In this document: piece by piece, positions 15,209 through 23,506 of the stretch
How positions within the stretch are numbered: the first letter of the stretch is position 1
Layout: every line of letters starts with the position of its first letter
NCBI GenBank assembly: GCA_010202845.1
Contig: CP047921.1
Location: 630,001 to 662,000 of the forward strand
Direction: 5' to 3'
Origin: Candidatus Saccharibacteria bacterium oral taxon 488
GTDB taxonomy: Bacteria > Patescibacteriota > Saccharimonadia > Saccharimonadales > Saccharimonadaceae
DNA length: 32,000 nt
The notes under the pieces: generated by a model
The model's input: the letters and a program-made list of their open reading frames with translations, nothing else
Told to the model about the DNA's origin: nothing
The model's database searches: none
Made by a program: the position numbers and the translations under genes

Positions 15209-16015
15209 TTACAACTCATCTAATGAAAGAAGCTCACCAGACTCGTCAATATTCGACCAAATAGCAGAACTCTCACGCACCAAGTTCTCAGCCGTCGCTG
15301 TATATACCTCAACTTCATCATCCAAGTCAAACCGACTGCGCACGGCATGAGCAGCGCGCCGCAAGCGGTTTTCTGTGGCTGGATTTTCCAGCAAAAATAA
15401 GAACCTCGGTAGGTTGCTGTTCGTCGCGTCCCAGCCGCCATCATCGAAAAATTCCATATAATTTACCAGACGGCGATTGATGGCGCTAGGCGGCATGTCT
15501 TTAGGTATGACATCAAAGAAAAATCGCCGCAACCCATCGGCTGTTTTGAGCGACAAAAATGCGTCGGGCGGATTAGCCGGAAAATAGCTATAAAGCGCCA
15601 TTTCGCGCCGCAAAAATACTTTTAGCGGTGGATATTGGTGCTGTAGTTTATTGGTGCACGAATACACATTAACTACATGATTAACGAATGATTGACCAAC
15701 GACTTTGTCGCGGTAGCTCGCCTTGATGATGGCGTTGGTAACGCGTTCGCTGCCGTAAATCAATTGCAGTTGCTTAAGTCCTTTTGGTGTCAAATAATAC
15801 GCTGCCGGCACACCCCGCAATTTATAGCTTTTGTCATATCGTCTAGCCACAAAACCATGTTTCATCAGTACATTCAACTTTTCAAACAAATTTGAACCCG
15901 ACTTAATACCCAGACTATCTGCCAACAATTGACGACTACCGAACCGATATTTGTATAACGTTTCCAGGATGTCTATCTGTCCCTGCTTGAGCGCTGAACG
16001 TTTGTCTATTTTCAT
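15209..16015 (-). CDS. Replication-relaxation (Replic_Relax, PF13814-like) family protein
   Basis: N-terminal wHTH pattern 'GQIDILETLYKYRFGSRQLLADSLG...LNVLMKHGFVARR...AAYYLTPKGLKQL', plus 'PDAFLSL' and 'FFDVIP' later in the protein. Start moved to ATG 16015 (GAAAGG 6 nt upstream). Confidence 0.55.
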   Translation of the reverse strand: MKIDKRSALKQGQIDILETLYKYRFGSRQLLADSLGIKSGSNLFEKLNVLMKHGFVARRYDKSYKLRGVPAAYYLTPKGLKQLQLIYGSERVTNAIIKASYRDKVVGQSFVNHVVNVYSCTNKLQHQYPPLKVFLRREMALYSYFPANPPDAFLSLKTADGLRRFFFDVIPKDMPPSAINRRLVNYMEFFDDGGWDATNSNLPRFLFLLENPATENRLRRAAHAVRSRFDLDDEVEVYTATAENLVRESSAIWSNIDESGELLSLDEL

Positions 16016-16156
16016 TATCAGCCTTTCACGATTCCTTTCTAGTATATTTATATAGAAAGAAGAGAAAAATAGCAATATATAACAGTATTTTTATGGATGA
16101 ATTATACTGTATATCGATATTCGGTATATTTTACATCATAAAATTGCTAAAAACTA

Positions 16157-16185
16157 TTGAATATTTGTAGTACAAATAGTACAAT
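16157..16185 (+). promoter_or_regulatory. Promoter TTGAAT-17-TACAAT whose spacer is a perfect 7-1-7 palindrome ATTTGTAgTACAAAT (operator-like)
   Basis: Hexamers at 16157-16162 and 16180-16185; palindrome at 16163-16177. It lies upstream of the RHH gene. Confidence 0.5.
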
Positions 16186-16290
16186 TTAAGTAGAGGTTTA
16201 ATCATAAAACTGGCTCGTTAATAACACGAAAAACTAGGCTTCAAACAGTAGCGCTTTTTGGTTATCATCCCGTGTAGTATACTGGGGTTA

Positions 16291-16503
16291 ATGAGCCAAT
16301 CAAGAATTCAGCTACAAATCGATACATCAAAAGAAGTGCGCAACCGAGCCAAAGCCGTTGCCTATAGCCAAGGCATGAGCCTGACCGAATTGGTGCTTAA
16401 GGCGCTAGCGACGGTTGGCGACAAGGAGCTGAAACAGCTGATTGAAAAGGATTTGCAGGAGCGCTCTGGACGCGGGCGTCCGCAGCAGTTCAAGTCTAGT
16501 TGA
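16291..16503 (+). CDS. Ribbon-helix-helix (CopG/Arc-like) DNA-binding protein with a C-terminal AT-hook (GRGRP)
   Basis: 'SRIQLQIDTSKEVRNRAKAVAYSQGMSLTELVLKALA' fits a beta-alpha-alpha RHH pattern, and the C-terminus reads 'RSGRGRPQQ'. TGTAGTATACT ends 7 nt before the ATG at 16291. Confidence 0.55.
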   Translation: MSQSRIQLQIDTSKEVRNRAKAVAYSQGMSLTELVLKALATVGDKELKQLIEKDLQERSGRGRPQQFKSS

Positions 16504-16532
16504 TGTTATGACGAGTCGCGACAGGAGGGATT

Positions 16533-16715
16533 ATGGCGCGACCAAAAGGAAGTAAAAATAAACCAAAAGCCCCGCTGATGAAGCAATTTTCGTTCACGAC
16601 CGAGCAGCGGATTAGGCTGGTGGCAAATTTAATCGTCGAGAAAATCACCGAAGATGGCGCGTTTGCCAAAAAGCTAATTACGATACTGGAGGATGATAAA
16701 AATGTCTCCAAATAA
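16533..16715 (+). CDS. Small DNA-binding-like protein with an HMGA-type AT-hook N-terminus; possible recombination directionality factor
   Basis: 'MARPKGSKNKPK' nearly matches the HMGA AT-hook core 'GRPKGSKNK'. An AGGAGGGA SD lies upstream. Its 3' end overlaps the recombinase start by 14 nt. Confidence 0.45.
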   Translation: MARPKGSKNKPKAPLMKQFSFTTEQRIRLVANLIVEKITEDGAFAKKLITILEDDKNVSK

Positions 16716-18438
16716 TCAGCCGAGAATTGGTTTGCTGGCGATACGGGTTTCTTCTGACAAGCAAGGTCTTGATGGCGACTCGCCCGAGGCCCAGCGCGAA
16801 CAAGGCGAAGCTTACGCCAAGGCGCACAATATCATAATTACCGAGACGATTATTTTGCTTGAATCGGCGTCACACGAAACGCAGCCGATGCAAAAAGTAA
16901 TCGACGTTTGCAAGGACAAAAGCAAAGGTTTTCAAGTTGTGCTGATTAAGTCAATCGACCGTTTTACGCGCGGTGGCGGAGATTATTATTCGCCGTTGAA
17001 ACGACAGTTGACGCGCCTAGGCATCGCCCTTGAGGATATGTACGGCGTGATTGGCAAGCAGCAAATAAACACGCTGGAGCACACTGGATTTAAGTATTAT
17101 TGGAGCGAGTTTAACCCGACGCAAAAGTCGGAGTATTTGGAGGCAGAGCGCGCCAAAGACGAGATGCGCGACATCATGAGCCGGATGATTGGCGCGGAAA
17201 TTCGCTACACTCAGCTAGGCTATTGGATGCGTCGTCCGCACTATGGTTTTCGTAGTGTCAAGGTGGATACAAAAAATGGTCGACGTACGATCTTGAAGCC
17301 TGATGAGAACGAGGCGAAGTTTATCATCAAGCTTTTTGAAATGCGCGCCGCTCATATTTATACCAATCAGCAAATCGCCGACGAACTAAATTCTATGGGC
17401 TTTCGCTCGCGCGTTACGATTGTGCGCGACAAATACGACCGAACCAAAATTAAGTGGCAAATTGGCGGCAAGCAAATGACCGCCAAAATGATCGACCAGT
17501 ACGCCAGTAAACTGGTTTATTGCGGCATCATCAAAGAAAAATGGACGCATGACCAGCCAGTCAAGGCGCAGTTTGATGGATTGGTTAGCATCGAGCTTTT
17601 TAATGAAGCGAATCGCGGGCGGATTTTTGTGGAGATTGACAGTCGCGACATGATAACCATCAAGCGTAGAGCCGTGCCGGAGCATTTGAAAAATAAACAA
17701 ATTTACAATCCAGAATATCCGTATAAACAGGTCGTTGCTTGTCCGAAGTGCGGCAAAACTCTTTCTGGCAGCGCTTCGCGTGGCAAGATGGGCGCGTATT
17801 ATCCGGCGTATCATTGTAGTCGCAACGGGCATTATTTTCGCGTACCCAAGCCCGAATTCGACAAGACGCTCGAGGATTTTGTACGGACTATTACCGTAAA
17901 GCCGGAGTACGTTGACGACATTATCGCTGCTATTGCCGAGCTGTGGCGCGAACGCCAAGCAAAGCAGCTAGAAGCCAATCAGCAGCGCCTAGAGCACCGC
18001 CAGAGCCTGCAAAACCAAATTCGGGCGACCGTGGACAGAATGCGCGTTGTTACGAGCGAAACGGCACTTGCGTACCTAGAGGAAGACATTATTAGCGCCG
18101 AAAACGAATTAGCAAACCTAGACAAAGAAATCGCCAATCAGCCCAACCTACAAGCCGAATTTGACCAAGTCTTGCAATACGCCAAATATATTTTGGAACA
18201 CCTGCCAGAACTACTGCTTGACCTCTGTAATCCCTTGCGGAAAGCCGCCTTTTTCGCCGCTATCTTCAATAAAGTCCCAACCTATGATGAAATAAAATTT
18301 GGAACTCACAAAAACAGCTCGCTACCAGAGGTAAACGAGCTGTTCCGTATCCGAATGGATGATAAATCCTTTATTGGTGACCTCACGGAGAATCGAACTC
18401 CGATTGCCAGGATGAAAACCTGGTGTCCTGACCGTTAG
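16702..18438 (+). CDS. Large serine recombinase (resolvase/invertase N-domain, recombinase domain, zinc ribbon, coiled coil)
   Basis: 'IGLLAIRVSSDKQG' (catalytic Ser), 'LIKSIDRFTRGG', zinc ribbon 'CPKCGKTLSG...YHCSRNGH' and a coiled coil 'QRLEHRQSLQNQIRATV...'. GGAGGA lies 8 nt before the ATG at 16702. Confidence 0.9.
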   Translation: MSPNNQPRIGLLAIRVSSDKQGLDGDSPEAQREQGEAYAKAHNIIITETIILLESASHETQPMQKVIDVCKDKSKGFQVVLIKSIDRFTRGGGDYYSPLKRQLTRLGIALEDMYGVIGKQQINTLEHTGFKYYWSEFNPTQKSEYLEAERAKDEMRDIMSRMIGAEIRYTQLGYWMRRPHYGFRSVKVDTKNGRRTILKPDENEAKFIIKLFEMRAAHIYTNQQIADELNSMGFRSRVTIVRDKYDRTKIKWQIGGKQMTAKMIDQYASKLVYCGIIKEKWTHDQPVKAQFDGLVSIELFNEANRGRIFVEIDSRDMITIKRRAVPEHLKNKQIYNPEYPYKQVVACPKCGKTLSGSASRGKMGAYYPAYHCSRNGHYFRVPKPEFDKTLEDFVRTITVKPEYVDDIIAAIAELWRERQAKQLEANQQRLEHRQSLQNQIRATVDRMRVVTSETALAYLEEDIISAENELANLDKEIANQPNLQAEFDQVLQYAKYILEHLPELLLDLCNPLRKAAFFAAIFNKVPTYDEIKFGTHKNSSLPEVNELFRIRMDDKSFIGDLTENRTPIARMKTWCPDR

Positions 18439-18449
18439 ACGATGAGGCC
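18375..18449 (-). tRNA. tRNA-Glu (anticodon TTC), CCA encoded
   Basis: The reverse complement GGCCTCATCGTCTAACGGTCAGGACACCAGGTTTTCATCCTGGCAATCGGAGTTCGATTCTCCGTGAGGTCACCA folds as a cloverleaf with a 7-bp acceptor stem, anticodon loop TTTTCAT and a GGAGTTCGATTCTCC T-arm. Confidence 0.9.
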
Positions 18450-18463
18450 ATCAAACAGGTTGT

Positions 18464-18472
18464 ATTGTAGCA
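18464..18472 (-). promoter_or_regulatory. Extended -10 (TGCTACAAT) promoter for tRNA-Glu
   Basis: The minus strand reads TGCTACAAT, 14 nt upstream of the tRNA 5' end. Confidence 0.5.
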
Positions 18473-18585
18473 GATTGGCAATATTTTGTCTAGAGATCAG
18501 CCGCGGTTGTTGGCTGTGGTAAAAATTGACTTTTACAACATTTTGGTGTATGCTACATAGAGTTATGAGGATAAAGGAGGAAGCT

Positions 18586-19818
18586 ATGCGAAACTTATCA
18601 TCACTATTCCGCTCGCTATCGCTGCGTCACTACACTGTTTTAGCGGTAGTCGCAGTTACAGCGGCAGTGCCAACTACATTATGGGCGCTAGATTCTGATC
18701 ACTCCGCCAACACCAATACTCAAGCGCCAACGAATACAAAACCTACGCCAGTTTACAGCTGTAATGCGCTCAGTATTGATCAGTTTTCAGCTACTAGTTT
18801 CAAGTTCTCAGTCAAATATTCCGCTCATGGTGGCGCAACCTATAAGACAACAATTTACAAAGTCTACGACGCCAGCGGCAAAGAAGTATACCGAACTGGT
18901 AACGAATTCAAGGGCTTCGCACCAGGCACGTACACGGTTAAAGCCTTTATCGTCGTTGACGTAAACGGCAAAGAAGAGATGGTGACCAGCGATGCCTGCA
19001 CCAAACAGGCCACAGTCCCTGGCGAAACCCCGGCTCCACAACCAAAGCCTGAGCCAAAACCACAACCAAAACCTGAACCAAAGCCAGATAAACCACCGAA
19101 AATTACTCTAGCGCTTGCCGTCAAGACTACCGTCAATGGTGCGCAACACAAGACAGTCGCCGTCAACGAGGCCTTCACTTACCAGGTAACTATCACCAAC
19201 ACGGGGACGGTTACGCTGCGGGATACGTACGCCACCAATGCCGCACCACAAGGTGTAACCTATCTAAAGGCGTCTGGTGGCACAATTCAGAATAATACCT
19301 GGCAGACATTGATTAGTGAGCTCAAGCCAAATGAGTCAAAAACATTTACTATTGACGCAGTCGTTAAACAATACGTCGCGGGCACATTGACCAGCACAAC
19401 CTGCCTCAAGAGCGAGCAGGCTTCGCTTGAGGGTCATAGCAATTGCAGCAGCGCTACTATAGAGGTGACTAAGCCGCAGGTCCCGGCTCCCCAACCGAAA
19501 CCAGCGCCAACGCCACAGCCAAAGCAACCAAAGCCAGCACCGGCTGACCCAAAACAACCAAACCCAGCCCAACCAGCTCCCCAACCAAAACCTGAGCCAA
19601 AAACGCCAGACCAGTCGAAGCAGCCATCGACCAACGATAATCAGCAGTCACCTTCAGCCTCGGGCGGCACACAAACCACCAACCCACCTGCCGCACCGAC
19701 GACCGTTGGCGAACTGCCACGGACCGGTAACGCCACTGACACGCTCGTTGGTGGGCTGGGCCTTGGCGCCCTACTCACTGCTGGAGTCGCCTACCTCATC
19801 AGTCGACGTCACGTATAA
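18586..19818 (+). CDS. LPXTG-anchored cell-surface protein with Pro/Lys-rich spacers and a DUF11-like repeat domain
   Basis: Signal peptide 'LRHYTVLAVVAVTAAVPTTLWA'; PxK repeats 'PQPKPEPKPQPKPEPKPDKPPK'; 'VNEAFTYQVTITNTGTVTL'; C-terminal 'LPRTG' followed by a hydrophobic stretch and 'RRH'. An AAAGGAGGA SD lies before the ATG at 18586. Confidence 0.8.
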   Translation: MRNLSSLFRSLSLRHYTVLAVVAVTAAVPTTLWALDSDHSANTNTQAPTNTKPTPVYSCNALSIDQFSATSFKFSVKYSAHGGATYKTTIYKVYDASGKEVYRTGNEFKGFAPGTYTVKAFIVVDVNGKEEMVTSDACTKQATVPGETPAPQPKPEPKPQPKPEPKPDKPPKITLALAVKTTVNGAQHKTVAVNEAFTYQVTITNTGTVTLRDTYATNAAPQGVTYLKASGGTIQNNTWQTLISELKPNESKTFTIDAVVKQYVAGTLTSTTCLKSEQASLEGHSNCSSATIEVTKPQVPAPQPKPAPTPQPKQPKPAPADPKQPNPAQPAPQPKPEPKTPDQSKQPSTNDNQQSPSASGGTQTTNPPAAPTTVGELPRTGNATDTLVGGLGLGALLTAGVAYLISRRHV

Positions 19819-19839
19819 TCATAAATTTGGTTGACGTGG

Positions 19840-19868
19840 ATACCCCTCGCACCCCGAGGGGTATTTCA
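19840..19868 (+). terminator. Hairpin terminator after the LPXTG gene
   Basis: ATACCCCTCG-CACCC-CGAGGGGTAT forms a 10-bp perfect stem. It is followed by only TTTC, a weak U-tract. Confidence 0.45.
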
Positions 19869-19877
19869 TGGTACAAT
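19869..19877 (+). promoter_or_regulatory. Extended -10 TGGTACAAT, 6 nt upstream of the ATG at 19884 (leaderless)
   Basis: Read directly from the sequence. Confidence 0.45.
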
Positions 19878-19883
19878 ATTATT

Positions 19884-20099
19884 ATGGCAAAGCAGAAGAA
19901 AAAGCGCTCCAAGAAATACTCTGGTGTTGACGCCGCAACAACTCGGCCCAGTGTCACGCGCATCCAGGCGGTCAGCCGCTCGTCGGCCGGTCAGTGGCTA
20001 TATGAACGCAAAAAATTATTGCGTGGTGTCGGCATCGGCGTAGTAATAGTCATCATCGTTATCGTGATTATCACGGGTATTATTAGTCTGTTCCGATAA
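19884..20099 (+). CDS. Small basic protein with a C-terminal TM anchor
   Basis: 'MAKQKKKRSKKYSG...' followed by 'GVGIGVVIVIIVIVIITGIISLF'. Start chosen at the ATG directly behind the -10 box. Confidence 0.45.
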   Translation: MAKQKKKRSKKYSGVDAATTRPSVTRIQAVSRSSAGQWLYERKKLLRGVGIGVVIVIIVIVIITGIISLFR

Positions 20100-20109
20100 T
20101 CAATATTTC

Positions 20110-22287
20110 TCAGCGACTTGTCACCTTTTTCTTGTTCGCGGCCGTCCTATCAAGTGGCAGACGAAAACCAAACGTGCTGCCCTTGTTTTCTTTCGAGGTA
20201 AAAATCATCGCCCCGCCGTGCTCCAGCACGACTTTACGCGCCAAAAACAAGCCAACGCCCGTGCCGTCAGGACGACGCTTGCGAGCATTTGAAGCGCGAA
20301 AGAATTTACCAAACACGCCAGACTGCTCAGCTTTTGGCACGCCGATACCTTGGTCTTCGACCGTAAACACCACTTCCCGCGTATCACAACAGAGTGACAC
20401 CTTGACCGTCGTTCGTTCTTTAGAATAAAAGATTGCGTTATCAATCATGTTCATGATGACTTGGCGGAGTTTTTCGGCATCAATCGGCAACGTCGGAATA
20501 TCATCGTCAATATGCACCGAAATAGTGATGTTATGCTGCTTGGCCACAATCTTCAGCAGAGCCATTTCACTTTGTACAATATCACCGAGGTTAGCCGGCT
20601 GACGATTCATAGTGAATGTCCCGGTCTGCAAGCGAGAGATACTGAGAAAATCATTAATTAATTGCACCATGCGCTCACTCGAGGAAAAGGCTTCGCGTAG
20701 AACAGCTTTCTGGGTCGGACGAACTGGGCCGAGATCACCCTGGAGTAGCATGTCGAGATAGCCTTTGATGCTGGTTAGCGGTGTCCGCAGCTGATGCGAC
20801 GCCATAGAAATAAATTCATTCTTCGCCTCGTCTAGTCGCTGTAGCTGCTGATTACTCATCCGCAGTTCCTGCGTCGCCGCCTCGACACGCTGCTGCAGCT
20901 CGGCATTCAGCTCATTCACCTCCTCCATCGACTGAGCATTTTTAATCGCAATCGCCAGCTCACCACGCACCGCCCGAAGCATTGAGAGATCGCGCTCGAC
21001 ATAATTATTTTTCTGACTTTCGCCGATCAGCACAAAACCAACGATGTCTTCTTGCAGCGATAATGTCATGACGATAGCCAGTTTTTGTAGTTTCATCGTC
21101 CGCCGTAGCTGCTCTGGCAATGATTCGACCACCGCTACGTCATCAAGTTGTTCAATTTGGTGTTGCACTGCTAGTCCCGTTAGGTCCACTTGCGGCGGAC
21201 GAGTATGTCCACGTGAGCCAAATATCCGAAAGTGCCCGTCATCATAGACCGCAAAGATCACCTGACGAGCCTTGAGGAGCCGCGTCAGGCACGCCGCTAA
21301 TCGAGTCGTCAGCAGCCGCAGCCCCATTGTGTGCAGCAAAATTTGCCCAATCTCGTTGATAAAACTTTCAATGGTATAATCCTGTCGATAAAACAACTTG
21401 TCGGTCAGGCGATCAAAAAACTGCTTGGTCGGTTGAAACAAAAACCCTAAAAACAATGCTGCCAGCACGCCCCAAAAGCCCGGTATCCCACCGATGTCGT
21501 GACCGCTGAGCGCACTGACAATCGCCGAGATAATATACGTCGCCGCGTAATATACGATCGCTAACAAGCTCAACAACATCGCATATGCAATCGTTCGCAC
21601 CGCCGCATCTTTCAGACCAAAGAGACGATGCTTGACAATTGTCAGATACGCCAGCGGTATAAAAATAAAAGTGCTCAGCGGACCGGCCCAAATGAGATCG
21701 TAGCGACCGACAGCTGGTAGCAGCAAATTAAATACCATACCCACGCCACCAGCAATCCCGTACGCATGAGAAATAAGCCGTAGCTGAGAGCGCACCAGAA
21801 GCGCACTGCGACGACGAGCCTGATACGCGAGAATTACCAGTGCCGCCAAAAACAGCAGTATGAAATATGCCATATAAACGAAATAACCGATCGGATGGAT
21901 GACGACGGTATGCTCATCCACTACCACTTGTGCTATCAGCCAATCAACTCGCACAACAATCACCGTAGTGACGATACCAAATAACACCCAAGCAGTGGCC
22001 GGTAACCATTTCATCGTTCGTCGGGAGCCGATATGAGCCGCCACCGAGATCATGGCTACCGCGATCAGCGCTGCTCCGATGTAATATATCCTCAGGTATA
22101 TTAGTGCCGCCACCAGCACATTAGTCGCTAAAAACGCCGCAATACCCAGTGCCCACAGCGCAATGCCAACCGTCAGTACAAAAAAGAATCTGGTCGCCGG
22201 CTGGCGTGGTTGATGAGCCACAACCATAAGGCCAAATACCAGCGACATCACCCCGGCAATGATCAGCCCCGCTATTTCCACGCCCAC
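20110..22287 (-). CDS. Sensor histidine kinase with a multi-TM N-terminal sensor domain
   Basis: H-box 'SMASHQLRTPLTSIKGYLDML', N-box 'MIDNAIFYS', G1 'DQGIGV' and G2 'GTGVGLFLARKVV', with about 7 N-terminal TM helices. The start may be GTG 22281 rather than GTG 22287 (GAGGGAG SD). Confidence 0.9.
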   Translation of the reverse strand: MGVEIAGLIIAGVMSLVFGLMVVAHQPRQPATRFFFVLTVGIALWALGIAAFLATNVLVAALIYLRIYYIGAALIAVAMISVAAHIGSRRTMKWLPATAWVLFGIVTTVIVVRVDWLIAQVVVDEHTVVIHPIGYFVYMAYFILLFLAALVILAYQARRRSALLVRSQLRLISHAYGIAGGVGMVFNLLLPAVGRYDLIWAGPLSTFIFIPLAYLTIVKHRLFGLKDAAVRTIAYAMLLSLLAIVYYAATYIISAIVSALSGHDIGGIPGFWGVLAALFLGFLFQPTKQFFDRLTDKLFYRQDYTIESFINEIGQILLHTMGLRLLTTRLAACLTRLLKARQVIFAVYDDGHFRIFGSRGHTRPPQVDLTGLAVQHQIEQLDDVAVVESLPEQLRRTMKLQKLAIVMTLSLQEDIVGFVLIGESQKNNYVERDLSMLRAVRGELAIAIKNAQSMEEVNELNAELQQRVEAATQELRMSNQQLQRLDEAKNEFISMASHQLRTPLTSIKGYLDMLLQGDLGPVRPTQKAVLREAFSSSERMVQLINDFLSISRLQTGTFTMNRQPANLGDIVQSEMALLKIVAKQHNITISVHIDDDIPTLPIDAEKLRQVIMNMIDNAIFYSKERTTVKVSLCCDTREVVFTVEDQGIGVPKAEQSGVFGKFFRASNARKRRPDGTGVGLFLARKVVLEHGGAMIFTSKENKGSTFGFRLPLDRTAANKKKVTSR

Positions 22288-22294
22288 TCCCTCG

Positions 22295-23449
22295 TCATAT
22301 TTCTAGTGTACCACCAACCTTTGGTCTACGCATAGCATACAGTGCATAGACGCCGTCATCAGGACAATATACATCGACCTGCCAATCACCCAGACACGCC
22401 GCCCCCGCGATCCGCTGTATTGTTTCGATTGACCGAGGCTGGATATGTGGCCACTGCACAACATTAAGCGTAAAGCCTAGCTGTGGATGCGTATCACGCA
22501 TATTACCAACCAGCAGCAACCCGCCGGGTTTCACCAGTTGGACAGCATTAGCTAGAAAAGTTGCGGCATTAACCTGCAACGCCGTCGGACTTTCATCTGA
22601 AAGCACCTCGGACACATACTCCAAAATTCCAACGGCATCGACTGCATCATATGTGGCTGCCTCAAGACCAATCTGCCGCCGCAGTGCTCGAGCTGCCACG
22701 TTCGTTTGCGCGTCTACTGCGGGCAAGGCTAAACCCTGAGGGTGCAGAATATTCATACAGCGAACATCAATAGACTGCTTGACTTTCATTGCCTGAGCAT
22801 ACGTTTTTGCGGCCCTGAGTGCCGACCGGTCAAGATCAACCAGTGTGACTCGCGGCACAGCATGACCATTCTCTTTGATGTGCCGGAGCGCATGACAAAC
22901 CGGCTGAGCAGCGCCGCAAGCTAGACTAACCCACTGCTGCTCTGTGGCGCCCAGAGACGCTTGATCAATAACGTGCCTGGCAAGAATAGCCTGAACAATT
23001 TCACCGCGACTGCGAATACCGTGCGCATCCAAAATATTACAGGCCCAGTCGCGCACCTCTGGCGAGACTGGCTTGCCATTCGCTAATTGCTCAATGCTCG
23101 GATCATATAACAAGTCTAGTGCCGACGCCGTCGGTATCAGTTCCAGCCAATCCTCGACGCCAGGAACCCGAGCGATCAACTCACGTGTCGCTGGATTGGT
23201 ATCATCAATCCTCGTTCGCTGGCGCCCAATCGCTGCGTTAAGATCACAATCACCATGAAAGCCCATACCAGTCAGCTTTTCTAGCTCCACCACTACCTTC
23301 TCGTGGGATTGCGTCTGATATCGGTCATACGTCGGCACTGGATGAATCCGCCACCGATCCATCTCAAGTTCCGCCCTGCGCTCTGACAACTCAACCTGGC
23401 CATACCGCTCTGGCTGAATAGTTACGCTTTCACGCTGCTCTATTGTCAT
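22295..23449 (-). CDS. Putative class I SAM-dependent methyltransferase with an N-terminal extension of about 170 aa of unknown function
   Basis: 'WVSLACGAAQP' (motif I-like), 'LVDLDRSAL', 'YDAVDAVGILEY' and 'LVKPGGLLLVGNM'. An AAGGTGG SD lies before the ATG at 23449. The stop is 7 nt from the kinase start. Confidence 0.5.
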   Translation of the reverse strand: MTIEQRESVTIQPERYGQVELSERRAELEMDRWRIHPVPTYDRYQTQSHEKVVVELEKLTGMGFHGDCDLNAAIGRQRTRIDDTNPATRELIARVPGVEDWLELIPTASALDLLYDPSIEQLANGKPVSPEVRDWACNILDAHGIRSRGEIVQAILARHVIDQASLGATEQQWVSLACGAAQPVCHALRHIKENGHAVPRVTLVDLDRSALRAAKTYAQAMKVKQSIDVRCMNILHPQGLALPAVDAQTNVAARALRRQIGLEAATYDAVDAVGILEYVSEVLSDESPTALQVNAATFLANAVQLVKPGGLLLVGNMRDTHPQLGFTLNVVQWPHIQPRSIETIQRIAGAACLGDWQVDVYCPDDGVYALYAMRRPKVGGTLEI

Positions 23450-23491
23450 CTTGCCCACCTTTTAGTGCTAGTTTTACAATACACCACTGCC

Positions 23492-23500
23492 TGCTATAAT
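23492..23500 (+). promoter_or_regulatory. Extended -10 TGCTATAAT, 6 nt upstream of the receiver-gene ATG (leaderless)
   Basis: Read directly from the sequence. Confidence 0.45.
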
Positions 23501-23506
23501 ACAATT

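Larger units (their letters stand above)
15209..18449. mobile_element. Integration/mobilisation module abutting the tRNA-Glu 3' end; possibly the right end of a larger ICE that includes the T4SS
   Basis: The module holds a Replic_Relax-like protein, an RHH protein, an AT-hook protein and a large serine recombinase. The recombinase ORF overlaps the 3' part of tRNA-Glu. Confidence 0.55.

Noticed and set aside
14998-15264. 88-aa plus-strand ORF in the GC-rich spacer.
   Set aside because: It has no SD or promoter, its Ala/Arg/Pro-rich composition is typical of a random frame in GC-rich DNA, and it overlaps the 3' end of the Replic_Relax-like gene.
18764-19720. Several 60-104-aa ORFs in alternative frames or antisense within the LPXTG gene (for example 18864-19178, 19434-19634 and 19469-19720).
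   Set aside because: They are Gly/Phe/Trp/Leu-rich shadows of the Pro/Lys codon repeats (CCA AAA/CCT GAG) and have no start signals. The sense frame has a signal peptide, domains and an LPXTG signal.
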